Assembly: GCA_035291225.1 (NCBI GenBank)
Contig: DATDSO010000004.1
Coordinates: forward strand, 41,298-105,297
From: an archaeon
GTDB lineage: Archaea > Aenigmatarchaeota > Aenigmatarchaeia > Aenigmatarchaeales > JACQIB01
DNA: 64,000 nt
Direction of reading: 5' to 3'
Shown here: piece after piece, positions 45,120 through 54,174 of the stretch
Layout: each line of letters begins with the position of its first letter
Position numbering within the stretch: position 1 is the first letter of the stretch
Notes under the pieces: model-generated
Databases searched by the model: none
Told to the model about the DNA's origin: nothing
The model's input: the letters and a program-made list of their open reading frames with translations, nothing else
Made by a program: the position numbers and the translations under genes

Positions 45120-46082
45120 ATGGACATAATACAAAAAATTCTTTCTTCAACTGGATTGGGAGCAGAGGAAGTTGAGCGCAGGATTTTAGAAAAGCAAAGA
45201 GAGCTTTCGGATTTGGTCAGCAGAGAGGGCGCGGCGTTTATTGTCGCAAAAGAGCTGGGGTTGGATTTGATTGATAGGCAGAAAAATTATACAAAGATTT
45301 CTGATTTGAAAGAAGGGGACAGGGCATTGAATTTTGTCGCGCGGATTTCAAGAATATTTGAGCCAAAAGAATTTGAGCGCGAGGGGAAAAAATCAAAAGT
45401 TGCGAGCCTGTTTCTTTTGGATGAGTCTGGTCAAACTAGATTGACTTTGTGGGACAGGCAGGCTGAGGTTGCGACAAAAGTAAAAGTAGGGGATGCTGTT
45501 GAGGTTTCGGGAGCATATGTGAAAGCAAATAATGGGGCAATTGAAGTGCGTCTAGGAAACCGCGCGAATATAAAACTTTTGGAAACAAGCGCGTTGCCGA
45601 AAATTGAAGAGCTTCTAAAGGCTGAGAAAAAAGAATTTTCAGTTGAGAATTTGCATGATGGGGCAACTGGGGAATTGCGCGCGGCTGTTGTGCAGGTTTT
45701 TGACAATGAGCAGTTCTATGAGATTTGCCCGCAGTGCTCAATGAGAATTAAAGAGGTGGATGGAAAATATAATTGCAAAACTCATGGAGAAATTGCAGAG
45801 CCTAGCCTCACTCTTGTAATTTCTTGTGTTGTGGATGATGGGACTGGAAATGTGCGGGCTGTTTTTTTCCGAGATTCTGCGTGCAAGCTTTTGGGAATGG
45901 ACATGCCTACTGTTCTTAGAAAACGCGGGAAACTTTTCAGAGATGTTGATTTAGCTGGAAAAGAATTTTTGCTTACTGGGCGCGCGAGGAAAAACCAGAT
46001 GTTTGAGAGGCTGGAGTTTATTGTTAGTGATTTTAGGGAAGCGAATGCGAAGGAAGAGATTGGAAAAATTCTAAGCGTCTGA
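45120..46082 (+). CDS. rpa: Replication protein A (ssDNA-binding, OB folds plus zinc ribbon)
   Basis: N-terminal helical region, OB-fold segments and a C4 zinc ribbon CPQCSMRIKEVDGKYNCKTHG. Confidence 0.7.
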   Translation: MDIIQKILSSTGLGAEEVERRILEKQRELSDLVSREGAAFIVAKELGLDLIDRQKNYTKISDLKEGDRALNFVARISRIFEPKEFEREGKKSKVASLFLLDESGQTRLTLWDRQAEVATKVKVGDAVEVSGAYVKANNGAIEVRLGNRANIKLLETSALPKIEELLKAEKKEFSVENLHDGATGELRAAVVQVFDNEQFYEICPQCSMRIKEVDGKYNCKTHGEIAEPSLTLVISCVVDDGTGNVRAVFFRDSACKLLGMDMPTVLRKRGKLFRDVDLAGKEFLLTGRARKNQMFERLEFIVSDFREANAKEEIGKILSV

Positions 46083-46091
46083 AAATTTATC

Positions 46092-46733
46092 TTATAAATC
46101 GTTTACAGCAAGAACAACCTGTTCTCTGTATTTTTCCTTGCTTATGAAATGCGCATAATGAGGAATTTTGATAATTTTGAATTCGCCTTTAAAATATCTC
46201 TTCAAGATATCAAAAACAGCATTCCCAAAAGCAACAAGCAAAGGATCCGTAGCTCCAATATCTCTGAGTTCTTGTCTGAAAAATTCTACGTTTTTCTCTT
46301 CAATGGCTTTGTTGTGTTTCAAAAACTCGATCACTTTATCTGATTCTTTCTCTGGATAGTCTTTGATAATGTCTGTCATGTATGCTCCCCACAAACTAGA
46401 ACCTCTGAGCGCGTATCTTGTCTTGTAGTCTGTAGCCATTGGCCTGTTGCTATGAAAGTTTCCCCATTGCTCATGTTTTACGTTCTTTGAAAAGTTCAGA
46501 GCCACCATTATCACATTAGGATTTAATTCAGATAACAGATTCTTGTTTATTTCTGGATCCAAAACTGTTAGGTCTCCCATGTTGCTTTTTGGTGTCTCTA
46601 CCTCATGTGCCCAAACTGCCCAGCTAGCAAAATGGCCGTACTTGACCTTGATAAAGTCAAATTTTTTTCTAGTAACGTTTTTCATCTTCAACATATTTTC
46701 ATCTGCAGAAGTTCTTCTGCGCATTGATGGCAA
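46092..46733 (-). CDS. Hypothetical protein, possibly with a uracil-DNA-glycosylase-like fold
   Basis: Weak resemblance (GAYMTDIIK; LVAFGNAVF). Lies between rpa and radA. Confidence 0.3.
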   Translation of the reverse strand: MPSMRRRTSADENMLKMKNVTRKKFDFIKVKYGHFASWAVWAHEVETPKSNMGDLTVLDPEINKNLLSELNPNVIMVALNFSKNVKHEQWGNFHSNRPMATDYKTRYALRGSSLWGAYMTDIIKDYPEKESDKVIEFLKHNKAIEEKNVEFFRQELRDIGATDPLLVAFGNAVFDILKRYFKGEFKIIKIPHYAHFISKEKYREQVVLAVNDL

Positions 46734-46890
46734 CCAACCATCTGCTGGTATATTTTTAATTGTCTCTCTAGTATAAAAATCTTTTACGCCCCGCTCTCGT
46801 AATGAAATTCATTATTCATAATAAAATAATTCAAAGCAAACATATTTATACTTTCAATTCATATAGAAATAGAGTTCTAAGTGATTAACA

Positions 46891-47925
46891 ATGGTAAAAA
46901 AAGAAAAAGATTCTGAAGAGCAAGTGGAAATCTCCGCTCCAAGCCAGAAAGATAAATTGATTGCAATGGCTGGAACGAAAAAGCAAATTGAAGTTGCGGA
47001 CCTGCCGGGGGTTGGAGAGAAAACAGCAGAGAAAATGAAGGAAGCTGGGTTTGTTGATATGATGGCTGTTGCTGCAGCGCTTCCGGGAGATTTGGCAGAG
47101 GCTGCGGAAATTGGGGAGCCGACTGCTGCGAAAATTATTCAGGCAGCAAGAGACGCACTGGAAATGGGATATGAGACTGCGACAAAAGTTATGGAGCGCA
47201 GATTGAAAGTTGGAAAAATCACAACTGGCTCAAAAACTTTGGACGCGCTTCTGGGAGGCGGAGTTGAGACAGGAGCCACAACAGAATTTCACGGAGGGTT
47301 TGGCTCTTCAAAAACACAAGTGGGGCACCAGCTTTCTGTAAATGTTCAGCTTCCGCTGGATAAAGGAGGGCTCGGAGGCGCGGCTTTGTATATTGACACT
47401 GAGGCAACTTTCAGGCCTGAGAGAATTGCGCAAATGGCAATTGCTTTGAAATTGGATCCTAAAAGAGTTTTGGAAAATGTTTTCGTGGCTCGCGCTTATA
47501 ATTCTGACCATCAATGTTTGCTTATAGAGAAAGCCGGGGATTTGATAAAGCAAAAAAATATTAAATTGATTGTTGTTGATTCTGTGACTGCTTTGTTCCG
47601 CGCGGATTTTACTGGAAGAGGGGAGCTCGCGCCGCGCCAGCAGAAATTGAATCGGCACTTGCACACTTTGCAAAGGCTTGCTGATATTCATAATGTTGCG
47701 GTTTACATGGCTAACCAAGTTATGTCGCGTCCGGACATGATGTTCGGGGACCCGACTACTCCGATTGGCGGGCATATTATGGGGCATTTTTCTACATACC
47801 GTATATATGTCCGCAAATCAAAAGGAGAAACAAGGATTGCGCGCATAATTGATTCGCCGAATCTGCCGGAGGGAGAATGCGTTTTCAGAATTTGCGAAGC
47901 TGGGGTTAGGGATTTGGAGAATTAG
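46891..47925 (+). CDS. radA: DNA repair and recombination protein RadA
   Basis: N-terminal HhH (DLPGVGEKTAEKMKEAGF), the Walker A region FGSSKTQ, Walker B LIVVDS and the conserved C-terminus. Confidence 0.92.
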   Translation: MVKKEKDSEEQVEISAPSQKDKLIAMAGTKKQIEVADLPGVGEKTAEKMKEAGFVDMMAVAAALPGDLAEAAEIGEPTAAKIIQAARDALEMGYETATKVMERRLKVGKITTGSKTLDALLGGGVETGATTEFHGGFGSSKTQVGHQLSVNVQLPLDKGGLGGAALYIDTEATFRPERIAQMAIALKLDPKRVLENVFVARAYNSDHQCLLIEKAGDLIKQKNIKLIVVDSVTALFRADFTGRGELAPRQQKLNRHLHTLQRLADIHNVAVYMANQVMSRPDMMFGDPTTPIGGHIMGHFSTYRIYVRKSKGETRIARIIDSPNLPEGECVFRICEAGVRDLEN

Positions 47926-48296
47926 GCTATTGCCACACCATCAATAAAAAAAGTTTCATCAACTTCTTCTGGTTCTCTAGAAGATCTGTAAGGTGCTTCA
48001 CACACATCAGAAAACGTTAGGTCGAGCATTACGGTAGAAAATCCTCCTGGAACCAAACCACTTAAATAATTGAGAGCTTGCGTTCTTATTTTTCTTCTAT
48101 CTTCTTTTGGAACGGGTCTATATTTTTTCGAATTCCGTGGTTTGTATCCCAACACTTCTATGTCAAGAACTCTCGGATCTCCATATCTATTTTTCTTTTC
48201 GCCATCATAGTTTAATCTAAGAACAATGGGAGTTCTTTTTCCATGAGGAGTAAACTCTTCATATGCTGTTACTTTGTTTGGCATATCTTCACGCAA
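47922..48296 (-). CDS. Hypothetical protein
   Basis: ORF only. Confidence 0.3.
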   Translation of the reverse strand: MREDMPNKVTAYEEFTPHGKRTPIVLRLNYDGEKKNRYGDPRVLDIEVLGYKPRNSKKYRPVPKEDRRKIRTQALNYLSGLVPGGFSTVMLDLTFSDVCEAPYRSSREPEEVDETFFIDGVAIA

Positions 48297-48546
48297 TATC
48301 CTTCTCGCTCACAATGACAAAATCGCCGACGCTTTTCACTGCGGAGAATGGGACCATCACTCGCCCGCGGTCGTCCTCTTGCAGTCCAAGCTCAGCCACA
48401 TTTTTTGTCGGCTCGGCAACTACAATGTTCATCAGCTCGCCAGATTCGGAGATAAAGCTAACATCGCCAACAACTCCAAAGCGGCGACCGTTCTCGCCAA
48501 CGATTGTTTTGCCCAGCATTTCTTTTGTTGCAACTCTTGATTCCAT
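48289..48546 (-). CDS. PRC-barrel domain protein
   Basis: An 85-aa protein: GKTIVGENGRRFGVVGDVSF...GRVMVPFSAVKSVGDFVIV. Confidence 0.65.
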   Translation of the reverse strand: MESRVATKEMLGKTIVGENGRRFGVVGDVSFISESGELMNIVVAEPTKNVAELGLQEDDRGRVMVPFSAVKSVGDFVIVSEKDIA

Positions 48547-48803
48547 TTTATCAACTCCTATTACAAAATTATTTTTTGATTAAATGAAGAGCATGCTCGT
48601 CGTTATGTGTTGAAGAAAAAAATAATTTTCCGCGCAAAAATTTTGCTGGATTTATTTTTTTCTTAATACATATTTTAGCGAGCGCGCGTGAGTTTACTCT
48701 GCGCGCGAGCTCTTCGTTTTTTTAATTATCTGCTAAAATATTATTCTCTGCCCCCAATAAAAAGCTAACTGATTACTTATAAGGAAAGTTATAATTGGGA
48801 AAT

Positions 48804-49583
48804 TTATTTTTTCTTATGTCTGCTTATTAATTTTCCTGCATGCGAGCCTGATTGTTTTAGTATTTCTCTTCCCAGTTCCAATCCGCCAGTAACTTCTGGC
48901 AGAACAATCAATTGCGCGCCGGCTTTGTGGAGTTTTGGAACAACGCTTTCGGAATGGGCGCGCGCTGCTATTGTTAAATTTGGGTTGATTTCATTTGCTG
49001 TGAGTGTTAAAAATAAATTATCTGAATCTGTGCCCAGAACTGCTATCAAGCCTTTTGCCCTGTCTATTCCTGCTTTCTCTAAAGTTTTTGGATTTAGGGC
49101 ATCGCCTTCGAGAGCAGCATAGCCCGCGTCTCGCAGAGAGGCAACTGAATCTATTTTTTTGTCAATCACAACAAAATCTTTTTTTGCTTTTGCCAGAATT
49201 TCGCACACATGCTCGCCAACTCTGCCGTAGCCGCAAACGATATAGTGGTTCTTCAAAGTGGAAATTTTTCTTTTCATGGACAAAACCCTGATGTCAACTT
49301 CAAGCAATCTTTCAGCGAGAGTCCAGATAATCATTATCAGGATTGCGCCGCCGATTATTGCATTGAATATTGAAATTATGTTAACCTGCCTATTATAAAT
49401 AATAGGTATTTCGCAGTGGGAGTAAGTCATTGCGCAGGCTGTCCATAGAGCAGATTCCTCAAAAGAGTTTCCGGCTTTTTCTGTTATAGAAACTGAAACC
49501 GTAAAATTGATTGCGATTATTACAAGGAAAATTTCTATAAAGTTTAAACCGAAAACAAATCTGCGCTCGCGGGGGGTTAGCAT
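48804..49583 (-). CDS. Two-TM potassium-channel-like protein with C-terminal RCK/TrkA-N domain
   Basis: N-terminal hydrophobic helices, then a Rossmann-type NHYIVCGYGRVGEHVCEIL...VVIDKK RCK domain. Confidence 0.6.
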   Translation of the reverse strand: MLTPRERRFVFGLNFIEIFLVIIAINFTVSVSITEKAGNSFEESALWTACAMTYSHCEIPIIYNRQVNIISIFNAIIGGAILIMIIWTLAERLLEVDIRVLSMKRKISTLKNHYIVCGYGRVGEHVCEILAKAKKDFVVIDKKIDSVASLRDAGYAALEGDALNPKTLEKAGIDRAKGLIAVLGTDSDNLFLTLTANEINPNLTIAARAHSESVVPKLHKAGAQLIVLPEVTGGLELGREILKQSGSHAGKLISRHKKK

Positions 49584-49675
49584 GGATTTGTTTGTGAAAG
49601 GGGATTTATATTTTCAATATTTTTCATAATTGAACTGGAAAGTTTCACAAACAGAAAAAGAATTTTTTTATGAAT

Positions 49676-50005
49676 TTAGTATTTTTCCATCCTCAATTTT
49701 TTATGAATTCTAACCTCTTCTATAGAAGTTATTTGCCTGGATAAAGGTTGAACGCGAAATTCGTAAATTCCATCTTCAGTAGCGCCTCCAGCTACTGCTG
49801 GGAGTTCTATTACTGTTTCGAAATTATCATCTCTTCTTCCAATATATGTAAATGATTTCTTCCTTCCATACACAGAGTCTGAGATTGGATTGTCAACCGC
49901 GCAAGATGTTGTACAAACTGCTACAGAATTTGGCAAACCTAAGATATCCGAAACATCAACAACGTAATGAACATTAGTTCTTTCTAATCGCTCTCTCTCT
50001 GGCAA
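49676..50005 (-). CDS. Hypothetical protein
   Basis: ORF only. Confidence 0.3.
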   Translation of the reverse strand: MPERERLERTNVHYVVDVSDILGLPNSVAVCTTSCAVDNPISDSVYGRKKSFTYIGRRDDNFETVIELPAVAGGATEDGIYEFRVQPLSRQITSIEEVRIHKKLRMEKY

Positions 50006-50132
50006 TTACTATTTTTGTTCTGTGGGGGTATTTCAAATGATCGTCTGAAAGCCATTTCAATGCTTTATGTTCATCCATACAAATTATGTGTGGTTTCTTG
50101 TATATAAAGCTTTGTAACTAACAGAAAGTTAA

Positions 50133-51224
50133 TTAACTTCTCACAAAAATCGTCCTTACCTTCGGAGTCAAAGCGTAAATGAAAGCCTTGCCTCGGGCTT
50201 CGCGCTGGACAAATCCTTCTCTCATCAAACGGACTAAAATATTGTTGATTGAGCGGATTGCATGCTCCTTAGTTGCGTATTTGCTCGCGTCAAGTTTTTC
50301 AACAATTTCTGTCGGGGTTTGCCAGTCTGCTTTTGAGAGAGCTTCTAAAATTTGGCGCTGCTTTGATGGGAGATTTTTTATCTGGTCATCGGAAGGGGGT
50401 TTTGGGGAAAAAGTAACAGCAGGAGGCTCAAGGGCAATTGGCTCGGGCGGGGCGATTTTTGTTTCTTCAATGTTTGCTGCTTCAATCTGGTCCCAGTTTT
50501 TTTCCATTGCTTCTGCAATCAAGCGGCCGCACATTTTCAAAACTTCGCGCGGGAAGCCGCCGGTGCGCTGGTAAATAATTCCAATTGCGGATTCTGTGAA
50601 TGGCTTTATTCCTGTTCCTCCAACAGACTCAATTCTTTTTCTTATCAGCTCTCTGGTCTCACTTTCGCTGAGCGCGGTCAAAGTAATTCTGCTTGTAATT
50701 CTTTGGTCCAAAGTTTCGAGCTGCTCTTTTATTTTGCTTTCAAGAACTGGCAGGCCCGCGAGAATTAAGCTCACATTTTCTATTTGGTCCACAAGAACCC
50801 GCAGCCATTCCAAAACTTCTTTGTCGGTTTCGTGCGCCTCGTCCACCATGAAAATTATTTGCTGGCCTCTCACTTTTTCGTTTATGTATTTTGGTAAAGT
50901 GTAAAGGCTGGGCTTTTTCTTGAAAATTTTTTCAAATAAATTCTGCCCGAAAATTTCTGTGAAAATTTCTATAAATTCTTCCGGATGCTTTGGGGGTTTG
51001 CTTATGTAAATTCTATTTGTTTTTTCCAAACTGGATTCAAGCCACTTCAGAAAATTTGTTTTGCCCGAGCCTGTGTGGCCTGTGAGAATCGCAATTTTGT
51101 GCTTGTTGTCAATGTGGTTGAGAGCTGCTTTCACTTGCTCTTCGTAGCCTGTAAAGAGCTTTGGGTCTACGCGCAGGACAAATGGATTTTCTCTCCAGCC
51201 GAATTTTTGAAATTGTTGTGTCAT
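50133..51224 (-). CDS. cdc6: Origin recognition protein Orc1/Cdc6
   Basis: AAA+ Walker A ILTGHTGSGKTNFLKWL, Walker B IIFMVDEAHE and a C-terminal winged helix. Lies adjacent to a repeat-rich intergenic region. Confidence 0.9.
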   Translation of the reverse strand: MTQQFQKFGWRENPFVLRVDPKLFTGYEEQVKAALNHIDNKHKIAILTGHTGSGKTNFLKWLESSLEKTNRIYISKPPKHPEEFIEIFTEIFGQNLFEKIFKKKPSLYTLPKYINEKVRGQQIIFMVDEAHETDKEVLEWLRVLVDQIENVSLILAGLPVLESKIKEQLETLDQRITSRITLTALSESETRELIRKRIESVGGTGIKPFTESAIGIIYQRTGGFPREVLKMCGRLIAEAMEKNWDQIEAANIEETKIAPPEPIALEPPAVTFSPKPPSDDQIKNLPSKQRQILEALSKADWQTPTEIVEKLDASKYATKEHAIRSINNILVRLMREGFVQREARGKAFIYALTPKVRTIFVRS

Positions 51225-51239
51225 ACCTTTGCTTCCTTT

Positions 51240-51740
51240 GAAAATGAATATTCACGTGAAGGTTTTTTGCTTGCGTGAAGGTTGTGTGAAGTTATGCATG
51301 AAGATTTATTCGTAAAATTAATGAATGTTCACAAATAAAAAGCTTTTTTCTGCTGGTTTTTTCTATCTTCACGTGAAGAATAAAGGAAAGTATATTCTGG
51401 AGAATATAGTTTCTGATAGATAAATTTCTTTTGGAAAGAAATTTGCAGAAAATTAGAAATGTGAGGGAATTTGGCTGGCCCTAAAGAAAGAATTTCACAA
51501 TTTAGAAATTCTGAAACGTGAAGATTTTAGTCCACGTGAAGGTCGCGTGAACATTCACATCATCTTCACATTATCTTCACGCGTTCATTTATCTTCACGC
51601 CATCTTCACGTTTTCTTCACGTGAATTCACGTGAAGGTGGATTCGGTTGTTAATGTTTGTGAGTGTATTTGTGATAACTTCACGTGAAGTTCATATGAAG
51701 TTCACGTGAAGGTTTTTTGGCTTTGGGAGGAAATTTTTGG
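51240..51740. other. Putative chromosomal replication origin (oriC) with ORB-like repeats and an AT-rich unwinding region
   Basis: - **Repeat copies:** at least eight copies of the dyad-containing 12-mer TTCACGTGAAGG or CTTCACGTGAAG, at 51251, 51367, 51531, 51615, 51626, 51679 and 51701.
- **Tandem octamer:** five tandem ATCTTCAC-type units at 51562-51620.
- **Bracketing direct repeats:** an identical 19-bp TTCACGTGAAGGTTTTTTG at 51251 and 51701.
- **AT-rich core:** 51390-51520. Confidence 0.7.
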
Positions 51741-51849
51741 CTTTTTTTCATTTTCTCTTCTCTCTCAGAAAAATTTATAACAGCGTAATGTCTTGCGTAT
51801 AACATTGTTATAGCTAAAAGTTTTATAAATTCAGGCACTAATAACTTTC

Positions 51850-52407
51850 ATGCGCCTTTTCATTGGAATTCCGATGCCGGAAGAGCTTAAGCAAAAGCTT
51901 TTGGCCTCTCAAAAACAAATAGAAAAGCTTTGCGACATCAAACTTGTTGAGCCAGAGAACCTTCACTTCTCCCTGAAATTCATCGGTGAAGTAAATGAAG
52001 ATCGCGTGAAGGAAATTCGTGAAGTTCTCACATCCGCGGCAGAAAAATTTTCTGCTTTCGCGCTTTCAATAGCTGGCATTGGCGCGTTTCCGTCAGCCGG
52101 CTCAGCTCGCGTTGTCTGGGCAGGTTGTTCTGCTGGCGCAAAAGAGCTCGAAGCTCTCGCGGGCTTTATAGATTCAGAACTTTCTAAAGTCGGCTTTGCT
52201 GGCGAGGAGCGGCTGTTCAGAGCACATTTGACACTTGGCAGAATTAGACAGTTAGAAAATAACCCAGCCCTGCAAAAATTTATTTCCGGCAACAAAGAAA
52301 AAGATTTTGGCTCTTTCAGGGTTTCAAAAATCTCTCTAATAGAATCAGAGCTCAGCCCTCACGGGTCGACTTACATAGAAATTTTTTCAGTTGATTTACA
52401 TGAATAA
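51850..52407 (+). CDS. thpR: RNA 2',3'-cyclic phosphodiesterase (2H family, LigT/ThpR-like)
   Basis: Two H-x-T/S-x motifs (HFSLKF and HLTLGR) at the expected spacing. Confidence 0.8.
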   Translation: MRLFIGIPMPEELKQKLLASQKQIEKLCDIKLVEPENLHFSLKFIGEVNEDRVKEIREVLTSAAEKFSAFALSIAGIGAFPSAGSARVVWAGCSAGAKELEALAGFIDSELSKVGFAGEERLFRAHLTLGRIRQLENNPALQKFISGNKEKDFGSFRVSKISLIESELSPHGSTYIEIFSVDLHE

Positions 52408-52426
52408 ACTTCTTCACTATTGAAAG

Positions 52427-53020
52427 GTGGCAAAGCTTTATATTCTACCTCTGCCTATGATTATCATGATCAAAGTGCATAAAGCAAGAATAGAAATCGG
52501 ACAATGTCCATTCAAAGGTCAAGTAGATCTTGCTCCTGGAGGAAAGCGTTACTGCGATGGAGAAGATGTCGGCATGGCATGTTTAGCAAAATATTTATTT
52601 TATGGCCTTGCTGCAACAACAGGCGGCGGAAGGCATTATGTAGCTAAAAGCAAAGGACCTTGCCCAGATTATTCGGAACTAAAAATACCACTCAAAGGAA
52701 AGGATGAATATGTTGGTTTGGTTGATGGCGGGAAGCTTGAGGGGTTTAAATCTGGAAAAGCTGGACCGTGTCTTTTCTTTGAGGTTATTAGCCACAATGA
52801 AGAACTCTTACAACATCTACAAAGTATAGCTGCGCTGACTATAAAGCCAGACGCTGAAGGAGAAATCGCAAACTACTTGAAGGAACATTTTGGCGCGCCA
52901 GATGACGTGCGGGAAAAAGCACGTCTTGTAGATATGAACAGCAATGCGCCAAAAGGTGCCACTCCTCAAATTGAAGGTTATGAAAAGCATCTGGTACAAA
53001 AAGCATGCTCTCTTTCTTAA
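52427..53020 (+). CDS. Hypothetical protein
   Basis: ORF only. No recognised motif. Confidence 0.3.
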   Translation: MAKLYILPLPMIIMIKVHKARIEIGQCPFKGQVDLAPGGKRYCDGEDVGMACLAKYLFYGLAATTGGGRHYVAKSKGPCPDYSELKIPLKGKDEYVGLVDGGKLEGFKSGKAGPCLFFEVISHNEELLQHLQSIAALTIKPDAEGEIANYLKEHFGAPDDVREKARLVDMNSNAPKGATPQIEGYEKHLVQKACSLS

Positions 53021-53042
53021 ACTTTGAAAATTATTTTATTGC

Positions 53043-53384
53043 ATGAATAAACTCCTCATAGCCGCGCTCGCATTTTCAGTCGTTGGCATAACAGCGTTAT
53101 ACTTTTACACAAACAGCCTGACTACGCAGCCAATAGAAATTTCAACCATCAGCTCAGATATGATTGGAAAGGCTGTTCGCATAGACGGATTTGTTTCCTC
53201 AAAATTTATTTCTCCGAATAAAAACACTTTCTTGACAATTGATGACGGCTCGGGAAAAATAATTGCGATTTTCACAAAGCCTGTCGCAGCCGAGCAGTTT
53301 GACAATGTAGAAATCCTCGGCTCGGTTTCCGAGAAAGACGGCAAGCTCTCTATTTTCGGGAGGGAGATTTTGCAGAAGCCTTAA
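53043..53384 (+). CDS. Membrane-anchored OB-fold-like protein
   Basis: N-terminal TM helix, then KAVRIDGFVSSKF...LTIDDGSGKIIAIF, which looks like an OB fold. Confidence 0.35.
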   Translation: MNKLLIAALAFSVVGITALYFYTNSLTTQPIEISTISSDMIGKAVRIDGFVSSKFISPNKNTFLTIDDGSGKIIAIFTKPVAAEQFDNVEILGSVSEKDGKLSIFGREILQKP

Positions 53385-53667
53385 TTCTTCTTTTGAGCTC
53401 AATATATTTTATCACATCCTCCAGCTTTGCATTTTCCTTTCCAGGCTTGAACCTGACAAGAACCGCGCGGAAGCCATAAATATTCACTCCCTGCTTTTCC
53501 AAAAAGAAATCCAAATAATCTGTAATTATTTTATCTGCAATAAACGGGTGGCAGTTCAGTGCTCTGGCAATTCCGCGCACGTGCATCTGCTGGTTTTCCC
53601 TGAGCAAAGACAGAATCTGCTCAATTCTTTTGTAGGTTTTCAAAGACAAGCCACGCATATTTGACAC
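53350..53667 (-). CDS. Hypothetical wHTH protein
   Basis: GIARALNCHPFIADKIITDYLDFFLEKQGV looks HTH-like. Confidence 0.3.
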   Translation of the reverse strand: MSNMRGLSLKTYKRIEQILSLLRENQQMHVRGIARALNCHPFIADKIITDYLDFFLEKQGVNIYGFRAVLVRFKPGKENAKLEDVIKYIELKRRIKASAKSPSRK

Positions 53668-53736
53668 CCGACATATGAATTGCTTTCAGAAGTTAAAAAG
53701 CTTGTGGAACGCGGAATTGGGGCGAATAGGCGTGCT

Positions 53737-54153
53737 TCAGCCACCGAAGAATTTCTGAATATTTCTTCTCACAGCTTCTGTCGGTTCGCGGATGCGCAAA
53801 AATTGTAAATATTGTTTGAGAGTTTCTGGATTTGTTTTAACACCATCAGACTGAACACATCTAAAATCTTCCTCTGTTACTGGAATCCAACCTGTTCCGT
53901 CATGCAACCATAAATCATTATGAAAATTACATTTACCGCACCCATATTGCGCTTTCCATAATTCCACTATTCTCTTAGAAGGATCTGCTACTTTATCTGG
54001 AGCGAATTCATACACCACCTTTTCCTGCCTCTCTTGAACCAAATCCTCATAGCAGCTTGGGCATTTCCTCTCAACATAAGTTTTCTCAACGCGCGCATCA
54101 GAAGCAATGCGCGGCTCTTCTTTTTTTCCACCAAACAATTCCATAAGAATCAA
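53737..54153 (-). CDS. Hypothetical zinc-ribbon protein
   Basis: CPSCYEDL...CGKCNFH. Confidence 0.3.
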   Translation of the reverse strand: MILMELFGGKKEEPRIASDARVEKTYVERKCPSCYEDLVQERQEKVVYEFAPDKVADPSKRIVELWKAQYGCGKCNFHNDLWLHDGTGWIPVTEEDFRCVQSDGVKTNPETLKQYLQFLRIREPTEAVRRNIQKFFGG

Positions 54154-54174
54154 TGTAATTTTGGATTTAAATTT

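Noticed and set aside
51562-51620. Tandem ATCTTCAC octamer array that superficially resembles a short CRISPR-like or microsatellite repeat
   Set aside because: Repeats are 8-11 bp with no unique spacers. The array merges into the TTCACGTGAAGG ORB elements next to cdc6, so it is treated as part of the replication origin rather than a CRISPR array.
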